A DNA stretch of 32,000 bases from assembly GCF_042466455.1 (NCBI RefSeq), contig NZ_JAXHCI010000002.1:1470834-1502833 (forward strand), written 5' to 3'. This DNA is from Loktanella sp. R86503. Its GTDB lineage: Bacteria > Pseudomonadota > Alphaproteobacteria > Rhodobacterales > Rhodobacteraceae. Both the position numbers and the translations under genes were made by a program. Under the pieces are notes generated by a model. The model was not told where the DNA came from. It saw only the letters and a list, made by a program, of their open reading frames with translations, and ran no database searches. Positions 8,515-15,739 of this stretch are shown one piece after another (positions within the stretch are counted from its first letter, which is position 1; every line of letters starts with the position of its first letter).

Positions 8515-11289
8515 TTACTGCGCCTTGGCGAGGTCGCGCAGCACGTAGTGCAGCACGCCGCCGTGTTCGATGTATTCGATCTCGATCGCGGTATCGATGC
8601 GGCATTTGATGTCGATGGTTTTGGTTGTGCCATCGGCCGTCGTGATATGCGCTTTCACCACTTCCAGCGGCTTGATTGTATCAAGGCCGTCAATGCTGAC
8701 GGTTTCTTCGCCAGTCAGGCCCAGTGTCTTGCGCGTATCGCCGTTCGTGAATTCGAACGGAATAACGCCCATGCCGACGAGGTTGGAACGGTGGATGCGT
8801 TCAAAGTTTTCGGCGATGACGGCTTTGACGCCCAGCAGGGCCGTGCCTTTTGCGGCCCAGTCACGCGAGGAACCTGCGCCGTACTGCTCGCCCGCAAAGA
8901 TGACCAGCGGCGTGCCGGTTTCCTCATAGGCCATGGCGGCGTCGAAGATCGAGGTCTGGTTGCCGTCGGGGCCTTTTGTGTATCCGCCTTCGACGCCGTC
9001 CAGCATTTCGTTCTTGATGCGGATATTGGCAAAGGTGCCACGCATCATGACTTCATGGTTGCCGCGGCGCGAGCCGTAGGAGTTGAATTCGCGCACGGGC
9101 ACCTGATGTTCCAGCAGGTACTGACCGGCCGGACTGGTTTCCTTGAACGAGCCGGCGGGGCTGATGTGGTCGGTCGTAACCATGTCGCCCAGAACGGCCA
9201 GAACCTTGGCGTCCTTGACGTTGTGGATCGTGCCTGCGTCCTTGGACATGCCTTTGAAGTAAGGCGGGTTCTGAACGTAGGTCGACTGGGGCGGCCAGTT
9301 GTAGGTTTCGCTGTCGACAACTTCGACAGCCTGCCACTTTTCGTCGCCTTTGAACACATCGGCATATTTCGACATGAAGGCTTCGCGGGTTACGGTTTTT
9401 TCGACCAGATCGGCGATTTCCTTTTGTGTCGGCCAGATGTCTTTCAGGAAGACATCGTTGCCATCCTTGTCCTGACCCAGCGCATCCTTGGTGATGTCGA
9501 CGTTCATGTCGCCGACCAGCGCATAGGCCACAACCAGCGGCGGGCTGGCCAGGTAGTTGGCGCGCACGTCCGGCGAAATGCGGCCTTCGAAGTTGCGGTT
9601 ACCGGACAGGACCGACACGCCGATCAGGTCGTAATCATTGATCGCCTTGCTGATTGCCGGCTCTAGGGGGCCGGAGTTGCCGATGCAGGTCGTGCAACCG
9701 TAGCCGACAAGGTGGAAGTCCAGCGCGTCCAGATCCTCTTGCAGGCCTGCGGCCTCCAGATACTCGGTCACAACCTGAGAGCCGGGCGCGAGAGAGGTTT
9801 TGACCCAAGGCTTGCGGGTCAGGCCAAGGGCGCGCGCCTTACGGGCCACAAGACCGGCACCGATCATCACGTAGGGGTTGGATGTGTTGGTACAGGAGGT
9901 GATCGAGGCGATCACGATCGAGCCGTCGTGCAGCTGGTAGTTGCCGTCGTCGGTCTGCACATAGCCCCGCTTGTGGTGCCCTTCGTCGCCGGGGATGTCG
10001 CGCGGTTCTGGCTGGCCGCCTTCACCTTCCCAGCGGATTTCTGCATTGGCAGAGGTATCCTTGCCTTCGCGGATTCCTTTGACGTACTGACCAAACGCCG
10101 TGCCGGCGATATCGAGGTTGATGTGGTCCTGCGGACGTTTAGGGCCAGAGATGGCGGGCACAACGGTGCCCATGTCCAGCTCCAGCGTGTCGGTGTAGAC
10201 CGGTGCGTAGTCGGCATCGCGCCAGAAGCCGTTCGCCTTGGCATAGGCTTCGACAAGAGCAATCCGGTCTTCGTCGCGGCCTGTCAGGCGCAGATATTTC
10301 AGGGTTTCGTCGTCGATAGGGAAGTAGCCGCAGGTTGCGCCGTATTCGGGGGCCATGTTGCCAATCGTGGCGCGGTCCGCCAGCGGCAGGTGATCAAGGC
10401 CGGGGCCGTAGAATTCGACGAACTTGCTGACCACGCCCTTTTCGCGCAGCAGCTCTACAACCTTCAGCACCAGGTCGGTGGCGGTGGTGCCTTCGGTCAT
10501 CTCTCCGGTCAGTTTGAAGCCGACGACTTCGGGGATCAGCATGGAAATCGGCTGGCCCAGCATCGCGGCTTCTGCCTCGATCCCGCCGACACCCCAGCCC
10601 AGAACGGCCAAACCGTTGACCATGGTCGTGTGGCTGTCGGTGCCGACAAGCGTATCGGGGTAGGCGACGGTTTCGCCGTTCTGGTCGGTATCGGTCCAGA
10701 CGGTCTGGGCCAGATATTCCAAGTTTACCTGGTGGCAGATGCCTGTGCCCGGCGGTACAACGCGGAAGTTGTTGAACGCGTTCTGGCCCCACTTCAGGAA
10801 CTGGTAACGTTCCATGTTGCGTTCGTATTCGCGGTCGACGTTCATCTGGAATGCGCGCGGGTTGCCAAATTCGTCGATCATCACCGAGTGGTCGATCACA
10901 AGATCGACAGGGGCCAGCGGATTGATCTGCTGGGCGTCGCCGCCCAATGCCACGATGCCGTCACGCATGGCCGCAAGGTCCACCACGGCGGGCACGCCGG
11001 TGAAGTCCTGCATCAGCACGCGGGCCGGACGATAGGCGATTTCGCGGGGGTTCTTGCCGCCCAGGGTGGCCCATTCGGCAAATGCCTTGATGTCATCTAC
11101 CGTGACGGTCTTGCCGTCCTCGAAACGCAGCATGTTTTCCAGCACGACCTTCAGCGCGGCAGGCAGCTTGCTGAAATCGCCTAGACCGGCCTGCGTGGCG
11201 GCGTCAATCGAATAGTAGGAGACCGACTGGTCGCCGACCGTCAGGGTCTTGCGGGTTTTTGCGGTATCAGTGCCGACTGTGACTGTCAT
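8515..11289 (-). CDS. acnA: aconitate hydratase A
   Basis: The track ORF runs to 11328. The start was re-set to the ATG at 11289 (MTVTVGTDTAKTRK..) with an AAGGGA RBS, giving 924 aa. Fe-S ligand regions are present (..SITSCTNTSNP.., ..GYGCTTCIGNSG..) and the C-terminal swivel domain ends ..GGVLHYVLRDL. Confidence 0.95.
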   Translation of the reverse strand: MTVTVGTDTAKTRKTLTVGDQSVSYYSIDAATQAGLGDFSKLPAALKVVLENMLRFEDGKTVTVDDIKAFAEWATLGGKNPREIAYRPARVLMQDFTGVPAVVDLAAMRDGIVALGGDAQQINPLAPVDLVIDHSVMIDEFGNPRAFQMNVDREYERNMERYQFLKWGQNAFNNFRVVPPGTGICHQVNLEYLAQTVWTDTDQNGETVAYPDTLVGTDSHTTMVNGLAVLGWGVGGIEAEAAMLGQPISMLIPEVVGFKLTGEMTEGTTATDLVLKVVELLREKGVVSKFVEFYGPGLDHLPLADRATIGNMAPEYGATCGYFPIDDETLKYLRLTGRDEDRIALVEAYAKANGFWRDADYAPVYTDTLELDMGTVVPAISGPKRPQDHINLDIAGTAFGQYVKGIREGKDTSANAEIRWEGEGGQPEPRDIPGDEGHHKRGYVQTDDGNYQLHDGSIVIASITSCTNTSNPYVMIGAGLVARKARALGLTRKPWVKTSLAPGSQVVTEYLEAAGLQEDLDALDFHLVGYGCTTCIGNSGPLEPAISKAINDYDLIGVSVLSGNRNFEGRISPDVRANYLASPPLVVAYALVGDMNVDITKDALGQDKDGNDVFLKDIWPTQKEIADLVEKTVTREAFMSKYADVFKGDEKWQAVEVVDSETYNWPPQSTYVQNPPYFKGMSKDAGTIHNVKDAKVLAVLGDMVTTDHISPAGSFKETSPAGQYLLEHQVPVREFNSYGSRRGNHEVMMRGTFANIRIKNEMLDGVEGGYTKGPDGNQTSIFDAAMAYEETGTPLVIFAGEQYGAGSSRDWAAKGTALLGVKAVIAENFERIHRSNLVGMGVIPFEFTNGDTRKTLGLTGEETVSIDGLDTIKPLEVVKAHITTADGTTKTIDIKCRIDTAIEIEYIEHGGVLHYVLRDLAKAQ

Positions 11290-11374
11290 GGCTATCCCTT
11301 TGGGGTTGAGGACTGTGGCTTGCGCCACTTTTGCCCCAAGCCGCGCAGCCGTTCAAGGGGTTGTGGCGAAAAAA

Positions 11375-11392
11375 GGTATACAATTGTATACC
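11375..11392. promoter_or_regulatory. perfect 18-bp palindrome GGTATACAATTGTATACC, candidate operator in the acnA/DUF1223 divergent promoter
   Basis: Read directly. It lies 86-103 nt upstream of the acnA ATG and 127-144 nt upstream of the DUF1223 ATG, is preceded by an A6 run, and is an AT-rich island in GC-rich DNA. A related motif GGTTTATACC occurs at 11408-11417. Confidence 0.4.
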
Positions 11393-11518
11393 GGCTGGGC
11401 GCGTGACGGTTTATACCGCACATCGAGGGCCTTCACCGGATGTCGCAAATCCTTGATTGGTCATTACAATGTCTTTTTCATAAACGATAGAAACAGAAAT
11501 TTTGTGGAAAGTACCCTC

Positions 11519-12232
11519 ATGCGCCATGTCTTCGCCGCCTCTGTCATCGGAGCGATCTTTGCCGGAACCGGTCTGGCTGCGCAGGATCGGGGTATTCAGG
11601 ACTGGGGTACGGTGGTGGAGCTTTACACCTCTCAGGGTTGTTCAAGCTGCCCGCCTGCGGACCGGATCTTTGAACAGATTGCCGACCGCGATGATGTGAT
11701 CGCCCTGGCGCTGCATGTGGATTACTGGGACTATATCGGCTGGAAGGACGATCTGGGCAGCCCTGCCTTTACCGCCCGTCAGCGTGGATATGCCCGAGAA
11801 TGGCAGGCGCGAAATGTCTATACGCCGCAAATGGTTGTAGCAGGGGTCAAGGAACTGGTCGGCAGTCACCCGGTCAAGGCGATGGATGCGATTACCAGCC
11901 ATCCGGCCCAGAATAACCCCGTGCAGATGTCATTGAGCCGGACTGGCGATGTCGCAACTGTCAACGCCACGGCCGTCGGTGCCGTGCCGCCGCGCGCGCT
12001 GGTGCAGATTGTCCGCTATACGCCGCGCGTCACGCGCGACATCCACAAGGGCGAGAACGCGGGCAAAACCGTTATTTACCGCAACGTTGTCACCAGCTGG
12101 GTTGAGGCAGGCGAGTGGAACACTGGCCAACCCCTGTCGCTGAATGTGAATGTGACCGGCGATGCGCCAGTGGTCGCCATTATTCAGGACGGCCCGGCGG
12201 GTGCGATTCTGGGTGCGGTGCAGCTGCGTTAA
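11519..12232 (+). CDS. DUF1223 domain-containing secreted protein (thioredoxin-like CxxC)
   Basis: The track ORF starts at 11249. I place the start at ATG 11519 (MRHVFAASVIGAIFAGTGLAA signal peptide), giving 237 aa. Contains motifs VELYTSQGCSSCPPAD and HVDYWDYIGWKD, characteristic of DUF1223. Confidence 0.8.
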   Translation: MRHVFAASVIGAIFAGTGLAAQDRGIQDWGTVVELYTSQGCSSCPPADRIFEQIADRDDVIALALHVDYWDYIGWKDDLGSPAFTARQRGYAREWQARNVYTPQMVVAGVKELVGSHPVKAMDAITSHPAQNNPVQMSLSRTGDVATVNATAVGAVPPRALVQIVRYTPRVTRDIHKGENAGKTVIYRNVVTSWVEAGEWNTGQPLSLNVNVTGDAPVVAIIQDGPAGAILGAVQLR

Positions 12233-12236
12233 CGCC

Positions 12237-13184
12237 TTATTTCCAGCGGCGGTGCACCCAGAACCATTGTTCGGGGTGATCGGCGATCCGCGCCTCCAGC
12301 CGTTTTGTTGCCTCGGTCATCATTGTCAGCGGATCACTGTGGGCAATGGGCGATTCGACGACCACGTCAAAGGACAGGCCGTCGGGCTGGCGAATCCCGA
12401 AGTAGGGCACCAGCAAGGCGTCAAAGCGCAATGCCATTTCCGCGGCCGCCATGGATGTCAGCGCCGGACGATGCAGAAAGTCAATCGCGGGCGCACCGTA
12501 GACGTGAACGTCAAACAAAAGCGTGCCCATGCCGCCGGCCTTGATATGGCGGGCAAAACCCATCGTGCCGCGCTTGCCTTGAGCAAAGACGGGGCCACCC
12601 CAACTGGTCATCGTTTCGCGGTAGTGCGCATCAACATAGGCGTTCGCCATCGGGCGATAAAGTCCGCCGATGCGCGCGCCATCGCGGGTCAGGACGTGGC
12701 GGGGGGCTTCGAAGTTACCGAAATGGGCCGTCAGGAAAATGATCGGGCGGCCAGCAGCCATTGCCTTTTGCACCGCATCAACGCCGTCACCGCGCGGCAA
12801 GGTCTGTGACAGTTGCGCGGCAAAATCGCGGTTGGCATAGTTTTCCATCAAGGTGCGGCCGAAATTGTCCAGCACACGGGTGGCCAGATCGCGGCGGGCG
12901 GATGTGTCCATCTGGGGATAGGCATCTGCCAGGTTGACCATGGCGCGGCGCCGGTAGCCTGCCAGCGGACCAATAACGCGGGCGACAATTGCCCCCGTAC
13001 CGCGGACCCGCATGCGATAGGGCAGCAGGTTCATGCCGCCGATAAGGGCGCGCAGGACCAGATTTTGCAGCCATTGCGAACGGCTGCCGTCAGGCACTGC
13101 GACGGCTGCCGTGGTGTCGGTCTGGGCGATACCGGTCTGTCTGGCATCGGTCCGGGCGTTATCAGTCTGGGCGTTATCGGTCAT
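12237..13184 (-). CDS. lysophospholipid / lipid A lauroyl-type acyltransferase (LpxL/HtrB family)
   Basis: 315 aa. Contains family-typical blocks: the N-terminal helix LRALIGGMNLLPY, ..IIFLTAHFGNFE.. and ..PEQWFWVHRRWK at the C-terminus. The N-terminal ~25 aa is a low-complexity T/D/Q/A pentapeptide repeat, so the true start is uncertain. Confidence 0.8.
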   Translation of the reverse strand: MTDNAQTDNARTDARQTGIAQTDTTAAVAVPDGSRSQWLQNLVLRALIGGMNLLPYRMRVRGTGAIVARVIGPLAGYRRRAMVNLADAYPQMDTSARRDLATRVLDNFGRTLMENYANRDFAAQLSQTLPRGDGVDAVQKAMAAGRPIIFLTAHFGNFEAPRHVLTRDGARIGGLYRPMANAYVDAHYRETMTSWGGPVFAQGKRGTMGFARHIKAGGMGTLLFDVHVYGAPAIDFLHRPALTSMAAAEMALRFDALLVPYFGIRQPDGLSFDVVVESPIAHSDPLTMMTEATKRLEARIADHPEQWFWVHRRWK

Positions 13185-13214
13185 GGCAATCAGGTAGTGC
13201 CCTGCCGCGTCTTT

Positions 13215-13246
13215 GAAAAGCCCCGCATTTCACGCAGGCATGCGGG
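13215..13246 (-). terminator. candidate terminator downstream of fliG
   Basis: The minus-strand RNA reads CCCGCAU-(11-nt loop)-AUGCGGG followed by GCUUUUC. The stems are 13222-13228 and 13240-13246. Confidence 0.45.
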
Positions 13247-13258
13247 CAGGGGGTCTGA

Positions 13259-14332
13259 TCACTCTTCCGCGTCCGGGTCGATCAAGCTGATGGTGCCGTC
13301 GTCGGCCAGGGCGCGGATGGCGGTGCTGACCGCATTCATCGCGGCTTCACCGTCGACCGTTTTGGGTGTGCCGCGTTCGGCGGCTTCTTCTTTCATGCTG
13401 GCGGCCATACGCTGCGAAATGCAGTCGAGGATGAAATTTGCCGCTTCTTCCCTTTTGCCGCCGGTGCCGAGGGCAAAGGCCATGGCCGTCGCCAGATCGC
13501 CTGAATCAATGGCGCGGATGCAGTTGGGCATGTGAATTGGACGCACGCGGGCGGGAATGTCTTCAAAGGTAAAGATGGCTTTGCGCACATCCTTTGCGAA
13601 ATCGGCGTCGGATTCGTCAAGGCCCACCAGAACATCATCGCGGGTCAGCGCCGGGCTGGAGTTCAGGATGGCCCCAACCCGTTCGACAGGTGCCTTTTCA
13701 AAAGCGGTCAGGCGGGTGCGGCAATAGTCAGATACCAGCGCCTGCCCGATCCGTAGGACGGCATCGGGGGCTATGTCCGCCGTCTGGCGCACGGCAAAAG
13801 TAATGCGCCGGGCGCGTTCACCGGGCAATTTGCCCAGCACTTCCGCCGCGCGGGCGACAGGCAGTTTGGATAGCAGCACCGCACCGATCTGGATGCTTTC
13901 GTTTGACAGGATCTTGACCACTTCGTCAGTGGTCAGGTTTTGCAGCCGGATGAAAGGGTCGCGTCCTGTGCGATTATCCATCTGGTCGCGCAGTTTGTCG
14001 GCCAGATGCGGCGAAATTTGGCCAGATAACGCTTCGAGTGCGGCATCAACGTTGCCGGGGGCAGACAGGCCGATGGCATCCAGCAAATCGGCAAATTCGG
14101 TGGCCACTGCGTTGACCGTGTCCCGGTCAACCAGCCGGATCGCACCAAGTTCACGTGCTAGGTCTTCCTGCACATGATCGGGCATGGATGATAGGGCCAG
14201 TTTGTTGCCATCGCTGATCAGCAATTGCACGATCAGCGCCGCCTTGCGTTTACGTGACAAACGCAGCGTGCCGGATGCGCCGGGCGCACCCGCGGGTGCA
14301 GAATCAGAAAGGGGATGAAGGGCATTGAGCAT
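13259..14332 (-). CDS. fliG: flagellar motor switch protein FliG
   Basis: 357 aa with an AAGGTGG RBS. It has the three-domain FliG layout. The C-terminal region FAKDVRKAIFTFEDI...IRAID..DLATA......ISQRMAASMKEEAAE....V..EAAMNAVSTAIRALADDG aligns with the FliG torque-helix region. No other flagellar gene is in this window. Confidence 0.9.
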   Translation of the reverse strand: MLNALHPLSDSAPAGAPGASGTLRLSRKRKAALIVQLLISDGNKLALSSMPDHVQEDLARELGAIRLVDRDTVNAVATEFADLLDAIGLSAPGNVDAALEALSGQISPHLADKLRDQMDNRTGRDPFIRLQNLTTDEVVKILSNESIQIGAVLLSKLPVARAAEVLGKLPGERARRITFAVRQTADIAPDAVLRIGQALVSDYCRTRLTAFEKAPVERVGAILNSSPALTRDDVLVGLDESDADFAKDVRKAIFTFEDIPARVRPIHMPNCIRAIDSGDLATAMAFALGTGGKREEAANFILDCISQRMAASMKEEAAERGTPKTVDGEAAMNAVSTAIRALADDGTISLIDPDAEE

Positions 14333-14376
14333 GGCCCCACCTTACCGGCAGAGCGGTCAACGAATGGTAAACGCCC

Positions 14377-14868
14377 TTAGCCTTTGGCGTAGTTCACCGA
14401 CATGCCGCGCAGCGCTTCGATGGCGTCCGGCGACAAATCTTCTATGGATTTGGTCGCGTTGTGCAGTTCGGTCAGCACGCCGGCCAAATCCTGAATTTCG
14501 CCGTCGGTAAATTCGCGGTCTGCCCGCGCAAAGCTGCCAAAGCTGCGGCTGCCATCGGTTTCAAGCGCACAAACAACGCCGTAGTTCAGCCCGTGCTGTG
14601 CGGCCCGTTGCATGACCCGCGACGGATCATCCGTCAGATCGGACCAGCGGCAGCTGCCGTCATTGTTAAAGCCCCAGGATACGGTCGGATCGGCCATCAC
14701 CAAAGCGTGCAGAGAATAATAGGTCGTCCAGGCCTTTGGATAGGCCTGAAGCAGAAAGGTCGGAGTCGTATAACGGATGTGAAAGGCCAAGGCGTAGCCT
14801 GCAGGCGCAAGGCCTGATGCATCTTCAAGCCGCTTCATCATCTGCGCGATGTCCGACATTTTCATCAT
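14377..14868 (-). CDS. autoinducer-binding-domain protein (LuxR-family N-terminal domain only, no HTH)
   Basis: The track ORF is 14377..14922. Likely starts are the ATGs at 14868/14865/14859 (AGGA precedes them). It is a paralogue of the N-domain of the adjacent LuxR, sharing W..YY......DP...W......RWSD...DP.......A...GL..G.......G..SF.SF.R.DREF. It ends shortly after LSPDAIEALRGMS, so the recognition helices of the LuxR HTH are absent. Confidence 0.8.
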   Translation of the reverse strand: MMKMSDIAQMMKRLEDASGLAPAGYALAFHIRYTTPTFLLQAYPKAWTTYYSLHALVMADPTVSWGFNNDGSCRWSDLTDDPSRVMQRAAQHGLNYGVVCALETDGSRSFGSFARADREFTDGEIQDLAGVLTELHNATKSIEDLSPDAIEALRGMSVNYAKG

Positions 14869-14966
14869 CCTGTGGCCCGGTCTTTCAGTTTCATTTACAG
14901 TAAAAAGCTGATTTGCTTTCACTCTCGGGTGTCATACTATCCAAAAGTGTAATTCGCATCTCAACT

Positions 14967-14981
14967 ATAAGGCGACGTTAA
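14967..14981. promoter_or_regulatory. imperfect CtrA-like box (minus strand TTAA-N7-TTAT)
   Basis: Plus strand ATAAGGCGACGTTAA. It is one mismatch from TTAA-N7-TTAA and about 100 nt upstream of the HTH-less LuxR paralogue/fliG unit. Confidence 0.3.
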
Positions 14982-14984
14982 CTG

Positions 14985-15593
14985 ATGGTCCGACAGATGA
15001 CGCCTCAGGACGTTCAACGTGTTTCGCCATCCGGACACTACATCGCGCTCCGTATCGGTTTTGCCTTCCCGATGGAAGAGATCAACGCGCTGCCGACAGA
15101 ATGGGTTGACCACTATACTAAAAATCGTCTGATGCTGTTCGACCCCGTCATGCGATGGGCCTATGCCAACACCGGCTTCAGGCGCTGGTCGGATATGCGC
15201 GGCGATGATCCTCATGGTGTTTTGACCATGGCCTCTGCCTTTGGGTTGCGTTTCGGCCTGACGGTTGCCGTCTTTGATGAAAACCTAGAAGGCCACCGCT
15301 CGTTTGCAAGTTTTATTCGCCCCGACCGCGAGTTCGAGGATCTGGAAGCGCGGCTGCTGGTGGCGTTTCTGACCCGCCGCCACCATGAAATGCTGCCGCC
15401 CACCAATCTGACCAATGCCGAGCTGGAGGCTTTGGCTATGGTCAAAGATGGCAAGCGGCTCAAGCAGATTGCGTTCGATCTGGGCGTTACCGAAGGGGCG
15501 GTCAAGCAGCGGCTGAAAAACGCAAAGGTCAAGCTGGGGGCCAATACCAGCACGCAGGCCGCAACGATGGCGCGGCAATTCAAGCTGATCTGA
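14985..15593 (+). CDS. luxR: LuxR-family AHL-responsive transcriptional regulator
   Basis: 202 aa (alternative ATG at 14997). It has a compact autoinducer-binding domain (W..HY......DP...W......RWSD) plus a C-terminal LuxR/GerE HTH (LTNAELEALAMVKDGKRLKQIAFDLGVTEGAVKQRLKNAKVKLG). Confidence 0.9.
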   Translation: MVRQMTPQDVQRVSPSGHYIALRIGFAFPMEEINALPTEWVDHYTKNRLMLFDPVMRWAYANTGFRRWSDMRGDDPHGVLTMASAFGLRFGLTVAVFDENLEGHRSFASFIRPDREFEDLEARLLVAFLTRRHHEMLPPTNLTNAELEALAMVKDGKRLKQIAFDLGVTEGAVKQRLKNAKVKLGANTSTQAATMARQFKLI

Positions 15594-15610
15594 CCTTTGC
15601 CAAGCCAGCG

Positions 15611-15625
15611 TTAATACTTTGTTAA
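15611..15625. promoter_or_regulatory. perfect CtrA-type box TTAA-N7-TTAA upstream of luxI
   Basis: TTAATACTTTGTTAA read directly. It lies 18 nt after the luxR stop and 115 nt upstream of the luxI ATG. It is the only correctly spaced TTAA pair I found in a manual, non-exhaustive scan of the window. Confidence 0.5.
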
Positions 15626-15739
15626 TAGCTGTAGCAATTACCCCTCTGGGGTGTGCGATCCAAAGGCTGTCCGCACTGCGGTTGAGACTCGTCCGGGCGT
15701 AATGACTAAAAATGGATTCATCCTAAAGGAGAATCCACC

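Noticed and set aside
8312-8609. Four small overlapping ORFs (64-97 aa) in the ccmG-acnA spacer
   Set aside because: They are generated by the palindromic element and terminator, read on both strands and overlap the acnA 3' end. There is no RBS and no plausible protein features.
9712-11184. 490-aa plus-strand ORF (and 8548..9666, 372 aa) opposite acnA
   Set aside because: These lie entirely antisense to a very well supported aconitase gene. They are R/G/A/V/H-rich low-complexity translations with no RBS. This is the typical shadow ORF of high-GC DNA, produced by codon-position GC bias.
12229-12240. Convergent DUF1223 and acyltransferase genes with stops only 4 bp apart and no terminator
   Set aside because: This is most simply genome compaction. 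There is no structure or extra signal to interpret.
14869-15739. Search for a canonical lux/tra box (20-bp CTG-N10-CAG type dyad) upstream of luxR, luxI or the paralogue
   Set aside because: I found only short or wrongly oriented CAG/CTG pairs (for example CAGTAAAAAGCTG). Nothing was convincing enough to call.
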